From a virus (Duplodnaviria; Caudoviricetes): a stretch of 64,000 nt of DNA. Below, one piece after another: positions 18,952 to 28,585 of the stretch (position 1 is the first letter of the stretch; each line of letters begins with the position of its first letter). Made by a program: the position numbers and the translations under genes. Under the pieces are notes generated by a model. The model had not been told where the DNA came from and did no database searches. It saw nothing but the letters and a program-made list of their open reading frames with translations. The stretch spans positions 32,001 to 96,000 of IMG/VR virus record IMGVR_UViG_3300032317_000216; one strand, given 5' to 3'.

Positions 18952-20012
18952 TTACATTTCTTAAATAACTCTTGGCAATATTGAATTATATTTTCTTTGT
19001 CTTGAATATCTAGCATATTAACAAATTCCTCTATTGCTTTTTCAATATCTATACCTGACATGTCTACTTGAGCATCATCAGTTACTGTCAGATTATTGTT
19101 TACAGTATATTCAACAGATACAGAGAAAGGATTGAATGCAGCTATCTTTTTTAGTAGAGCATCAATATTATCAGATGCAACTTGCTTATCAATAATGAGC
19201 TTAATGATATTATTTTTAATTTCATCCTTGAGAGCAGCTTTGTCAGTTAAATTTAATATATCAGATAAGAGTATTTTCTTGTGCTTGGGTGATTTTTTAT
19301 TCTCAAAGAAATTAAGTTCAAGATTATTAAAGTCTAATATGTAATAGCCTTTTGTTGATCCTGTATCTCCAAAATCCATTTCAAAAGGATTACCAACATA
19401 AACAATTTTTTTTCCTTCATAGTTACGCTCATCTCTGAGATGAAAGTGCCCTGTGAGTACAAGATTGGCTTTATTGAGCAATTCTGATGTCTTGGTGCCT
19501 TTATCGCAGAGCTTGTAGCTATTCATCTTGAAGCTCTCTATTTCAAAGTGACCAAATATAATATCTTTTTGAGATACGTTCTGTATTGAATCACCCCAAG
19601 GTACAAACAGACATTCTTTACCAAATAAGGTAACACTAGAAAGAGAAGACACGACTGTTACATTCTTTCTCTCTTCAAATATGGCAATAGAATTAACATC
19701 AGGTCTGTCTTTATAATAAGCATCATGATTACCAACAAGGAGTATAATATTAAATTTTCTCCACAATTTAAAAATTTCATTAACTGTATGCAGAGTGTTA
19801 ACTGCAATTTCATCTCTGTAGTGGAAGATATCTCCTAGAATAAAGATGTCTTTAATCTTCTTCTCTGTTAACTCATGCGCCAGCCATTTAGCCCAAGACA
19901 GAGCTGTATCATGCCAGTATATACTATTCTGGTGTATACCAATATGTAAATCTGCAATACAACATACTTGGCTGTTATGTGTTGTTATTTCGTGCTTATG
20001 TTCCTGTAGCAT
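18948..20012 (-). CDS. Mre11/SbcD-like nuclease (T4 gp47)
   Basis: ADLHIG, LGDIF, GNHD, GHFE, GHFH, YVGNP. Start taken as ATG 20012. Confidence 0.92.
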   Translation of the reverse strand: MLQEHKHEITTHNSQVCCIADLHIGIHQNSIYWHDTALSWAKWLAHELTEKKIKDIFILGDIFHYRDEIAVNTLHTVNEIFKLWRKFNIILLVGNHDAYYKDRPDVNSIAIFEERKNVTVVSSLSSVTLFGKECLFVPWGDSIQNVSQKDIIFGHFEIESFKMNSYKLCDKGTKTSELLNKANLVLTGHFHLRDERNYEGKKIVYVGNPFEMDFGDTGSTKGYYILDFNNLELNFFENKKSPKHKKILLSDILNLTDKAALKDEIKNNIIKLIIDKQVASDNIDALLKKIAAFNPFSVSVEYTVNNNLTVTDDAQVDMSGIDIEKAIEEFVNMLDIQDKENIIQYCQELFKKCK

Positions 20013-20568
20013 TATAATTGTCGCTGTCATCATTACTTGAAGGGTCGACATAGATATTATAAGGATTATATCCAGTATCACCTTCATTAGATGTCATTAA
20101 ATCGGTATAAACTTTATCGCGATAGTTAGTCACGGTTTCATGGTGCTTTTTTTCTTTCTTAATACGGTTAATAAAAGCATGAAAAGCTATAGTTGTAAAA
20201 TAAGAAAAGGGACTGAATCCACTGTTTAGTCTAAATTTTTTATTCTTTAAGGCTGATACCATCTTAACAATGGCATCACCAATCATATCATCTTTGTACG
20301 AATAATTAATAAAGTTAGGGGCAAATGAAAGACCGTGAGCAATTTTATTTATAGAGTCACCAAGTTTAATAGAAATAAACTCAGTATTATAGAATTTCTG
20401 GATTTCTTCTTCAAACTCCTTACTATTAACATAATGTACCTTCTCTTTTCCTCTAGGTTTCTTAGGTTCAACTAAAGAGAGCGGAATAATACTATTAGCT
20501 TCTGCAGAAGTAAGCTGTTTCTTATTCTTGGATTTCTTTAATTTGGTAGGTGATGTTTTCTTTTTCAT
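19996..20568 (-). CDS. late transcription sigma factor (T4 gp55)
   Basis: HYVNSKEF, IAHGLS..PNFINYSYKDDMIGDA, PFSYFTTIAFHAFINRIKKEKK. Confidence 0.92.
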   Translation of the reverse strand: MKKKTSPTKLKKSKNKKQLTSAEANSIIPLSLVEPKKPRGKEKVHYVNSKEFEEEIQKFYNTEFISIKLGDSINKIAHGLSFAPNFINYSYKDDMIGDAIVKMVSALKNKKFRLNSGFSPFSYFTTIAFHAFINRIKKEKKHHETVTNYRDKVYTDLMTSNEGDTGYNPYNIYVDPSSNDDSDNYNATGT

Positions 20569-21979
20569 AAAGTGATTTGCGTTTTAAAAAATGTTGGTTT
20601 CCATACATGAGATTATCGGCGATGTCGACTATTATAAGCTTATCCTTATCCTTATGCAAGCGCAAACCTCTTCCGATTGACTGTAATATCTTTATTTTGG
20701 ATTTGCCTCCACCAGCGAAAACTATGTAATGCAAGTTCCTAATGTTAATGCCTGTGGAAAATATCTTGGATATGGCAACTACAACTACATTAGAGGATTC
20801 TTCCATTATTTTTTTAATTTTCTCTCTTTCCTCAATCTCTACTTCACCTCTTATAAAGTATATCTGCTTATCTATTGTTTTGGCTTTCAAGAGCTCTTCA
20901 AGAAGTGTTCCGTGTTCAATAAAATCAACAAGAATGAGTGTATTTTTTTGCGCCTTGTTAACAAACTTTAATATTACATTATTTCTAAAATCGCTCTTTA
21001 TAAGAAAATCTGTCTCTACGCGATACTTATCTGTAGCATTATAATTCTGCTCAGGGTAAGCAGGCTTGGTTTTATAGTTAAGTAGGAGTGCTACTACTGT
21101 AGCAGATGCAACAAAGCTCTCTAATCGCAGCTGATAGCTCGATTTCTCATAAATTATTGGCCCTATTTTGCCAATAATATTCCATTGATCGAGATTATCT
21201 TCTGGCAGAGTACCTGTAAATCCAAACCTAAACGGTGTTTTTATTTTCTTAATAATTTTGTTAATTTCATTACCGCGTCTAAGCTTATGCACCTCATCAA
21301 TAATGAGAATATCAACATCCTCTGTCCAGGTAACGTCGCTATTCTTGCTCTGTAGAATGCCCAAGTTAGCTACAACTATATTGGCGCTAAGATTTAATTC
21401 ATCGTCACCTGTCCATTTGCTTATTGTAAATGGTACTTTATAAGTATTAAAATCATTTATTGTTTGTTCAACTAACCCTCTATCGGGCACCAAATAAAGA
21501 CATCTGAGCTTTGCCCCGTAAAAAGAAAAAATGTTTGAAAGTAGTGTAGCAGCAGTAAGTGTTTTGCCACCAGCTGTAGCGAGTACGATTGTTCCGCGGC
21601 CAAGAGTAAGAGCCTTGATCACAATTTCACTCTGATAGTCGCGAAGAGGTAAAGAGAGTGTGTATGGTTTGAGTGTAAAATTAGGGTCTTTATGCCATAC
21701 ACAATTAGCTGGTACAACTTCACAGAAGAAAGTAGGGTCAACATCCAGGGTCTGCGGATATTGATTGTTAGCAAGAAATCGCTTTATTTCAAAAAACATG
21801 CAAGGCTCAAACCTACCAGTTGGTGTAATAGCATATGTGCGTTGAGGAATAAATCTTGAAAATCTTCTAGCAAACCGAGCAGCTTCATTTTTAACAGAAA
21901 AATTCTCTCTTATTTCATCAAACAAATCGCCAGATAATATCCCTAGCTTCTTTTTTTCATCCAGCTTAATGTTGATCAT
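20522..21979 (-). CDS. uvsW: SF2 DNA helicase
   Basis: LRDYQ, ATAGGKT, DEVH, GFTGT, FSTGINI, QSIGRGLR. Confidence 0.92.
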   Translation of the reverse strand: MINIKLDEKKKLGILSGDLFDEIRENFSVKNEAARFARRFSRFIPQRTYAITPTGRFEPCMFFEIKRFLANNQYPQTLDVDPTFFCEVVPANCVWHKDPNFTLKPYTLSLPLRDYQSEIVIKALTLGRGTIVLATAGGKTLTAATLLSNIFSFYGAKLRCLYLVPDRGLVEQTINDFNTYKVPFTISKWTGDDELNLSANIVVANLGILQSKNSDVTWTEDVDILIIDEVHKLRRGNEINKIIKKIKTPFRFGFTGTLPEDNLDQWNIIGKIGPIIYEKSSYQLRLESFVASATVVALLLNYKTKPAYPEQNYNATDKYRVETDFLIKSDFRNNVILKFVNKAQKNTLILVDFIEHGTLLEELLKAKTIDKQIYFIRGEVEIEEREKIKKIMEESSNVVVVAISKIFSTGINIRNLHYIVFAGGGKSKIKILQSIGRGLRLHKDKDKLIIVDIADNLMYGNQHFLKRKSLYEKENITYQIKEIQE

Positions 21980-22365
21980 GTTGTTTCTAGCTTTATAATA
22001 TCAATTAAATTTTTAAGGTCAAAAGAAGCACTTGAGAGTGTTTTTTCTGTTTTTTCAAGCAATTCAACAACAAGAGCTAGTTCATTTAGTCTCCTATCAA
22101 ACTCTTTTAATTCATCAGCGTTTTCAACTAGCTTATCTAAAACAGGTAAAGATGGTTTAACAGCAGAGTTTTCTAATATTTTTTCTTTAAGAGCTTTCTT
22201 GAGCTTATCTTTTTGATTTTTTATATCAAACAGCTCAGACTTGTGTCTAATGCATCTGCCTGCCCATTTATGTTTAATACCTGGTAATTTGAGTGTATAG
22301 TCTTTGAGATATAGCTCATCTATCTTCAGATCATTTTCTAATTCTTTTATATATTCGTTAAGCAC
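21976..22365 (-). CDS. uvsY: recombination mediator UvsY-like
   Basis: 129-aa helical protein, DLKID...LP..KHKW...FDLKNLID, adjacent to uvsW. Confidence 0.75.
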   Translation of the reverse strand: MLNEYIKELENDLKIDELYLKDYTLKLPGIKHKWAGRCIRHKSELFDIKNQKDKLKKALKEKILENSAVKPSLPVLDKLVENADELKEFDRRLNELALVVELLEKTEKTLSSASFDLKNLIDIIKLETT

Positions 22366-22371
22366 ATATAA

Positions 22372-22399
22372 ATAATAGTATAAAGGTATTGATTATCAA
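22372..22399 (-). promoter_or_regulatory. promoter TTGATA-N16-TATTAT, 6 nt before the uvsY GTG; overlaps TATAAATA (22367-22374) on +
   Basis: Read directly from the sequence. Confidence 0.65.
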
Positions 22400-22647
22400 T
22401 GATAACATTTCAACAATTCTATAAAGAACAAAATATGGCAGGGCCTGGTGGTGCACTAGGAACGTGGACAGATACAGGCGGCCAGTTTCCAGCATCAGGA
22501 GATGCAGGGTATGCTCCAGGAGATGCAAGGCAGCTAAGTCCTTATGGACCTGTAGGCGCTGTGCTGGGCGCCAAAATAAAAGGTAAAAAGAAGAAAAAAA
22601 TCAAATTCAATGTGCAGCGTCGACCTTTGCCAGGTGTGGGTCTTTAA
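22399..22647 (+). CDS. small Gly-rich/basic protein with capsid-targeting-like N-terminus
   Basis: MITFQQFYKE resembles the T4 IPIII targeting sequence MKTYQEFIAE; Lys-rich tail. Confidence 0.55.
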   Translation: MITFQQFYKEQNMAGPGGALGTWTDTGGQFPASGDAGYAPGDARQLSPYGPVGAVLGAKIKGKKKKKIKFNVQRRPLPGVGL

Positions 22648-22659
22648 TTAAGTATAAGC

Positions 22660-23079
22660 ATGGAATTAGGACATTGGGTATTGACTGAAGGTGTTATACT
22701 AACAGAAGACACGTTTGGTTTTATATATGAAATAACCAATACAATTAATCAGAAGAAATATATTGGTAAAAAGCAATGCAAATCAAAGCTCAAAAGAAAA
22801 CCACTTAAGGGCAAGAAAAATAAAAGAATAGAGATTAAGGAATCAGATTGGAGAGAGTATACAAGTTCATCTAATTACTTGAATGAGGATATAAAAACCT
22901 ACGGTAAGGATAAATTTATTTTTAAAATACTTAAAGTGTGTGGCTCGAAATGGGAGCTAGCATATTTTGAAATAAAAGAACAGCTGGATCGTGAGGTTTT
23001 GCTAAAAGACGACTATTATAATGGTATAATAAACGTTAGAATAGGTCGACCACCAAGAAATATGATAGATGCTATTTAA
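22660..23079 (+). CDS. GIY-YIG endonuclease (single domain)
   Basis: GFIYEITN...KKYIGKK, WREYTSS, conserved E, YYN. Confidence 0.85.
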   Translation: MELGHWVLTEGVILTEDTFGFIYEITNTINQKKYIGKKQCKSKLKRKPLKGKKNKRIEIKESDWREYTSSSNYLNEDIKTYGKDKFIFKILKVCGSKWELAYFEIKEQLDREVLLKDDYYNGIINVRIGRPPRNMIDAI

Positions 23080-24564
23080 TTACGGTTTCTTGAGAATTTC
23101 ATTACCGATAACAAGATAATCTAGTGGCGTTGAATAAAGGAATTTTTTCGCATCATCTACTGTTCCTGTAAGAGGTTTGCCAGCAAGATTTAAGCTCGTA
23201 TTAAGCAAAACAGGGCATTTGGTTAGCTTATAAAATTCCTCGAGCAGCTGTCTGAAAATCTTGTTAGGGGTATTTGCATCTACTGTCTGCACTCTGCATG
23301 TACCGTCTACATGAGTTATTGACTGTAGCGTATCGGTTTTAACTTTTGCAACAAAAAGCATAAAATTGTCATCGTTAATATCGAAAAAACTATCTTTGTA
23401 TTCATATAAAACAGATGCACCAAAAGGTCGGTAGTTCTCTCGTTTCTTAATATTATTAATAAGCGTTCTTCCGTTGCTAATTCTTGGGTCAAGTAAAACA
23501 GAGCGGTTTCCTAAAGCTCGCGGACCTATTTCACCATGACCTTGATACCATCCAACTGAATGTCCTAGTGATAATAAATAAGCAGTGCGCTTAATTGTAT
23601 CTGGTGTAGGTTCTTCCAAAGGTGATTCATCATGTTGGATGAAAGGGAAGCTATTGAGCTCGAAGGGTGGTAGGTTGTTGTGTATTCTGAGCCATTCAAT
23701 AATACCTAGTGTAAGACCATCATCAGTTGAGTGGGGTGGTATAATGATATTTTTGAAATGTTTTCTTAGCTCTGTATTCCACAGTACATTTTGTGCAACA
23801 CCACCTGTAAAGGATATGCTTTGATCTGATGAAGCATACTGCTTAAAAAAGTCGACTAAAAGTTCTCCGGTTTTATGATGTAGAGATCTCATCCAATCTA
23901 ATGGTAGCAAACGCGCAACTGTTTCATCGCCTATATGTTGAACCCAATTTGAAAACGAAAACAATTTGCGAATATCGTGGATGCTGTGTTTATTGAGACT
24001 TTGCATGAAATCATTAGAAATTGTACCATATGACTGAAGACCCATGAGCTTGCCAGGAATATCTATATAGTGTTGTGCACCTATGCCAAGATATCTGCCT
24101 GCTTGCGCTGTCTCCATGCCAAGCGACCCATTTACTTCCACTGTGCCGCGATCTATAACTGTGTCTCCCTTAAACACTGTCCAACAGTGATCAAGGTCTC
24201 CAAATCCATCCATAACAATGCTTATATCAGGCTGCTTGTCCGCTAGCATCCAGACACTCAAAGCATGAGCATAATGATGATTAATTCTCCATGTTTGACA
24301 AGGCAATTCAAGCTCATTATATGGTACTGCATTGGAAGATACTATAGATGTACAGGGTGAATCAACAACTATGCCGATTTGATCTATTTTGTTTATATCT
24401 TCGTTAAACAGTTTTGTAAAATCGTGTCTCCAATCTATAAGATTGTTGTAAGCATGGTGCTTTATTCCTTTTGTTCTTTCAGTTTTGAGATATTTTAATT
24501 TATGTCCATCAAAATAACAGAAACTACTATCATGTGCACATAGGCGAAGAGCGAGAAGCTTCAT
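23080..24564 (-). CDS. NodU/CmcH-family carbamoyltransferase
   Basis: HDSS, HHYAHA, DGFGD, GKLMGL, GGVAQN, EIGPRALGNRS, KKRENYRPFG, HVDGTCRVQT, LLNTSLN. Confidence 0.92.
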   Translation of the reverse strand: MKLLALRLCAHDSSFCYFDGHKLKYLKTERTKGIKHHAYNNLIDWRHDFTKLFNEDINKIDQIGIVVDSPCTSIVSSNAVPYNELELPCQTWRINHHYAHALSVWMLADKQPDISIVMDGFGDLDHCWTVFKGDTVIDRGTVEVNGSLGMETAQAGRYLGIGAQHYIDIPGKLMGLQSYGTISNDFMQSLNKHSIHDIRKLFSFSNWVQHIGDETVARLLPLDWMRSLHHKTGELLVDFFKQYASSDQSISFTGGVAQNVLWNTELRKHFKNIIIPPHSTDDGLTLGIIEWLRIHNNLPPFELNSFPFIQHDESPLEEPTPDTIKRTAYLLSLGHSVGWYQGHGEIGPRALGNRSVLLDPRISNGRTLINNIKKRENYRPFGASVLYEYKDSFFDINDDNFMLFVAKVKTDTLQSITHVDGTCRVQTVDANTPNKIFRQLLEEFYKLTKCPVLLNTSLNLAGKPLTGTVDDAKKFLYSTPLDYLVIGNEILKKP

Positions 24565-24575
24565 GAGTAGTGAGT

Positions 24576-25208
24576 CTATTCTACGTCTACATTAAAAGTA
24601 ATAGTAATACGCTGTTTTTCGGATATATTAGGCTTAACGTAATGATTAAGAAAAGAAGGGAAGATAATTAAATCGCCTTGTTTAATTTGAGGTGGTGTGT
24701 AGAAATTCATGTAAAAAGAATGCGCTGGGCAGCCACCATCAAGTCTGTTCATTAATCGAGGGCGGAAGGCCTTAGTAGATTGACTTATTATTGGATTGGG
24801 ATGTACAAAAGTAGTAGCAAGATGTTGAGATTCGTCAAATGTAATATAGTGCACAACAGAAAAATCAGAAGGAAGATGTGTATGAGGTTCTTGATATTGA
24901 CTCTTCGAGAAGACATTGTACCAAGGAGAATGTATATTAAATTTACCAGGCTTGATATTATATTCATATAGAAAATTAGTTATATATTTTGAGTAAACGG
25001 AAAGCAGATACTGGTCATCAAGCTTCATGCTAGGGTCATTGCTGCGAAAACTACTGTGTATAGTACACTCCCAACCAGTTGGGATAGCGACTGGTGCCTT
25101 CCGGACATTATCTTCTATTTTACCCATGCAGCTGTTTATAATGTCTGCTGTCTCTTCAACATGCGCCTTCCAGTAAAATGGAGCAAAAATTAAATTAAAC
25201 TCGCCCAT
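24576..25208 (-). CDS. 2OG-Fe(II) oxygenase
   Basis: WYN..YQEPHTH..FSVVHY, GDLIIFPSFLNHYV, RITITFN. Start taken as ATG 25208. Confidence 0.85.
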   Translation of the reverse strand: MGEFNLIFAPFYWKAHVEETADIINSCMGKIEDNVRKAPVAIPTGWECTIHSSFRSNDPSMKLDDQYLLSVYSKYITNFLYEYNIKPGKFNIHSPWYNVFSKSQYQEPHTHLPSDFSVVHYITFDESQHLATTFVHPNPIISQSTKAFRPRLMNRLDGGCPAHSFYMNFYTPPQIKQGDLIIFPSFLNHYVKPNISEKQRITITFNVDVE

Positions 25209-25293
25209 AGGATAATTGTATCTTATATTATATAAAAGGCCACGTACAACAAAATAAGCTTGATGTATTGTATTAACTGTGCATAATACATGT

Positions 25294-25857
25294 ATGCTCA
25301 AAGAACTTGTGCTGAATCAGTATAATCTGCAGATCTTAAATTATTCTTATGTTTTTAAGAACTTTATAGAAAAAGAATTTATAAATGATTTACATAGCTA
25401 CGGTCTTTTAGAAAAAAAGAAAGACTCGATGTCAAGACGACTCTTTGTACATCACAACATACATTCAGTTTGTGAGTTTATTTTAAAAAGTAAAAAGAAA
25501 GGTAGACAGATCATATTTTTTGACTATAACAATCTTCTTGAAGGTGAGATACTGGATTATATAGATGAGAGCAGACTGAAGAGCTATTTAAACTACACCT
25601 ACTTGAAGATAAGAACAATGCTGCCTGTGCGTATTTTTTATTCAACCTTCTCTCTTGACTATCTAAATAACAAGCATCAGCAAAACACAGGAATATCCAA
25701 AGAAACTATACTAAAAATAAAGAGTTTAGCAGAAAATCGAGACTTTGAATCTTTTACTTTTGAGAAAATAAAGAAGTTTGTGAAGAAAGAGCAGCTTACT
25801 TTCTTAGATAAAACATACTTTAATAGCTTAAAATCTAAACAATTACTTATTAATTGA
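25294..25857 (+). CDS. hypothetical protein
   Basis: Start taken as ATG 25294, 6 nt after TTGATG-N16-CATAAT (25260-25287). Confidence 0.6.
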   Translation: MLKELVLNQYNLQILNYSYVFKNFIEKEFINDLHSYGLLEKKKDSMSRRLFVHHNIHSVCEFILKSKKKGRQIIFFDYNNLLEGEILDYIDESRLKSYLNYTYLKIRTMLPVRIFYSTFSLDYLNNKHQQNTGISKETILKIKSLAENRDFESFTFEKIKKFVKKEQLTFLDKTYFNSLKSKQLLIN

Positions 25858-25869
25858 TAAATATTAATA

Positions 25870-26304
25870 ATGAGATTTCTTGAAAAGCTTAATGAATATG
25901 TTGTTTCCTTAGAGCAAGATGAACAGGCTGTAGTTACAGAACCTGAAGCTACACCAGCTCCTGAAGCTCCTACTAAACCAGAGAGAGTAGAAATTGCTCC
26001 TGAAGGTTATACAGAAATGGTGCGATTACTTGCAAAAGCATTAGTAATAAATGTACCTCCAGATGCAATTGATAATCTCTTCTCTACTAAAATCACTGGT
26101 GAGAATGTTGAAGCAATACGTGAAGGGCTCGAGGACTTGATCAACACATCAGGCAATTACTCTGATAATCCTGAAAGAATGGAAAATCCGCGTGTTAAAG
26201 AATTTGTTAACTCTATTAATGAAAATAATTTTATGTCAAAGTACAAGCAAGTAATTGACATGATGAAAAAGTATAGTAATGATATAGACATTAATACAAA
26301 ATGA
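25870..26304 (+). CDS. hypothetical late protein
   Basis: TAAATA (25858-25863) 6 nt before the ATG; MRFLEKLNE N-terminus. Confidence 0.65.
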   Translation: MRFLEKLNEYVVSLEQDEQAVVTEPEATPAPEAPTKPERVEIAPEGYTEMVRLLAKALVINVPPDAIDNLFSTKITGENVEAIREGLEDLINTSGNYSDNPERMENPRVKEFVNSINENNFMSKYKQVIDMMKKYSNDIDINTK

Positions 26305-27353
26305 AGAAGTATAGGAGTTTGCAGTCAAAAGTTGAAGAAGTACTTAAGACAACACATACAAATATATTATTTGTAAGAGAAGATGCTACAGTTTTAATTC
26401 AAAAAGATCAAGAGTCAAATGTTGATCAGTACAAAGTACCTAATGCTACTGCTGATAAGATTAAAAAAGAAATTCGTGATTCTTCCTATGAGGGTCAAAT
26501 ACAGGCTTTTCTTGCAAGTAAGAATTATACAGCAAAAGCATTTCAAGGTAGAGGGTTTAGCTTGCTACTATCGGCAATCTTTGAAAGCAGTGATGAAGAT
26601 CTTGAGAAATTTGTTGAATTTATTGAATTTAATAATAATCTAAAACTTGCAGATCATTTTGCAGATAATGTCGCGACACTAGCACGTAGCAAGGGGTTAC
26701 CCGATGCAGTAATAAACAATTTATCAGGATTAAATGAACTGAGAGATGCAGGAGGAAATAGTATTGGTCCAGGAGAAATTCTTTTTGCAATTGTGTTTAG
26801 TGATATAACAAACAGCACTACAGGTGGTGATTTGCAATACGGTAACAAGAAAATAGAAGTAAAGAAGAATGAGGGACATTTTGGACAGCAGGCGGGACGA
26901 GGAGGAATGAAGCCACTTAAAACTATTTTTGTAAAATCTTTCATACGCAACCCTGATAAACTAAAAGAAATTGATAAAACTTTAAGCATTAGACTGGGGG
27001 ATATTTTGTTAGCTAGCTATAAAGCTGTTGATAGTAAGCAAGAATTTGTTGATGAGGTGATAAAAACACTCAACAGCATTTATGCAAATAATGCTCCATT
27101 AGCAGAGAAATACTTTAACGAAGAGTTATTTCGCTCTGGTGATATAAAGCGTATTAACAATGCGCTATTAAAGTTAAATACAGATGGTTATTTGAAGAAT
27201 GATTTTGTAATGTTTATAGATAAAAAATATAATTATGTTGTATCAACAAAAGAAGATTTGATTAAGACAGGTGGTCATATTGATACAGGTAAAGTGAGAA
27301 CATTAAGTAATTTTACAATTAATGACTTGTATCCAAAGATTGGTATAAAATGA
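26301..27353 (+). CDS. PD-(D/E)xK-type nuclease-like protein
   Basis: IGPGE...GGDL....KIEVK catalytic pattern (E...D...ExK). Confidence 0.6.
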   Translation: MKKYRSLQSKVEEVLKTTHTNILFVREDATVLIQKDQESNVDQYKVPNATADKIKKEIRDSSYEGQIQAFLASKNYTAKAFQGRGFSLLLSAIFESSDEDLEKFVEFIEFNNNLKLADHFADNVATLARSKGLPDAVINNLSGLNELRDAGGNSIGPGEILFAIVFSDITNSTTGGDLQYGNKKIEVKKNEGHFGQQAGRGGMKPLKTIFVKSFIRNPDKLKEIDKTLSIRLGDILLASYKAVDSKQEFVDEVIKTLNSIYANNAPLAEKYFNEELFRSGDIKRINNALLKLNTDGYLKNDFVMFIDKKYNYVVSTKEDLIKTGGHIDTGKVRTLSNFTINDLYPKIGIK

Positions 27354-28585
27354 TAGCATTTAAAGAATTTTTACTGCTAGAGGGTGGAGCTGCAGGTCAT
27401 ATGGCACATCCCTTTGATTTGCAAAATGTAAAAACTGGTACAGATTTAATTAATTTTTTTAAAGCAGCAGCTAATAGTGTTAAGAATAAAAAAACTGCAG
27501 TGAAGTTTGATGGCTTGAATGCAAGTGTTAAGCTTATTACTAATGAGGAAGGTAAGATAGAGTATGCATTGGATCGCGGGAGTGCAAAAGAAATAGATAT
27601 AAAAGGCATTACACTTGTAAACTTAGATCAACGCTTCGACAAGGGCCATGGCATGATACAGGTAACTAATTTTTTATTACCGATTTTAAATAGTACAATA
27701 GATACAACGCTACCTGAGTTGAAGAAACTGGGGCTCTTTAAGAAAAATCGATTTTTAAATATTGAATATATTACAAGACAGACCAATGTTACTCAGTATG
27801 ACAGAAATATGATTGTAATACATGGTATAAACGAGTTTGTACCCAGGGTGGGTAAGAATGGGAGAATATTGAGTCGTACATCAGTAGAAGTAGCATACAG
27901 TAGGCCAGTCTTGAATGAATTAGTAAAAAAAATAAAGCCAGTTTTTGCACAACATGACTTCGAAGTTTTTGGTCCTACAGCAACAGAAATATCTAAAGAC
28001 CCAGATTATACAAAAACACTAAATACACCATTTGGCATTGCTTATACAGAAGCAGATACTGAAACACGTACATTAGGCAATTGGCTTAAAACAGCAAAAA
28101 ATCCAAGACAAGCTGTAGTAAGAAACTTGCAGGGTAAGAAAATTTTAGCAATGTCAAAAGCTAACTACCAGTACGTATTGAGCGGCAATTCTCTTGATAA
28201 GCTTGTTGGTGAAGACAAGGTAGCTGCAAAACTAGTGGCAGATGGAGCTATATTTTATCAGGCAACGCGTTTACTGGGTAATGCGCTTCTTAATTCTCTT
28301 AGCTCTGAAGCAGGTGAGCTTACAAATCATGAAGGCATAGTAATACGTGATAGCAGGGTAGCTTCAGTGCCTGTAAAGGTTACAGGTGAATTTATTCTCA
28401 AGGGTATTGCTAGTCCTTTCAAGAAATCTGAAAATGATGAGAGTTTGGAGATGGCACCAGGGGTTGCAGGGCTAATAGGAGCTTTAAATTATGCAAATAC
28501 AACAGGTGAGTATATGAGCAATAAAAGCAAATACAGACAGCCTCCATATGATTCACCACCCAACCCTGGAGCATATGTAGGGTGA
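27350..28585 (+). CDS. ATP-dependent ligase-fold nucleotidyltransferase (DUF6267-like)
   Basis: GHMAHPFD, motif I VKFDG, NIEY, motif IV HEGIVIR, motif V VKVTG; capsid-targeting-like start MIAFKEFLLLE. Confidence 0.6.
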   Translation: MIAFKEFLLLEGGAAGHMAHPFDLQNVKTGTDLINFFKAAANSVKNKKTAVKFDGLNASVKLITNEEGKIEYALDRGSAKEIDIKGITLVNLDQRFDKGHGMIQVTNFLLPILNSTIDTTLPELKKLGLFKKNRFLNIEYITRQTNVTQYDRNMIVIHGINEFVPRVGKNGRILSRTSVEVAYSRPVLNELVKKIKPVFAQHDFEVFGPTATEISKDPDYTKTLNTPFGIAYTEADTETRTLGNWLKTAKNPRQAVVRNLQGKKILAMSKANYQYVLSGNSLDKLVGEDKVAAKLVADGAIFYQATRLLGNALLNSLSSEAGELTNHEGIVIRDSRVASVPVKVTGEFILKGIASPFKKSENDESLEMAPGVAGLIGALNYANTTGEYMSNKSKYRQPPYDSPPNPGAYVG

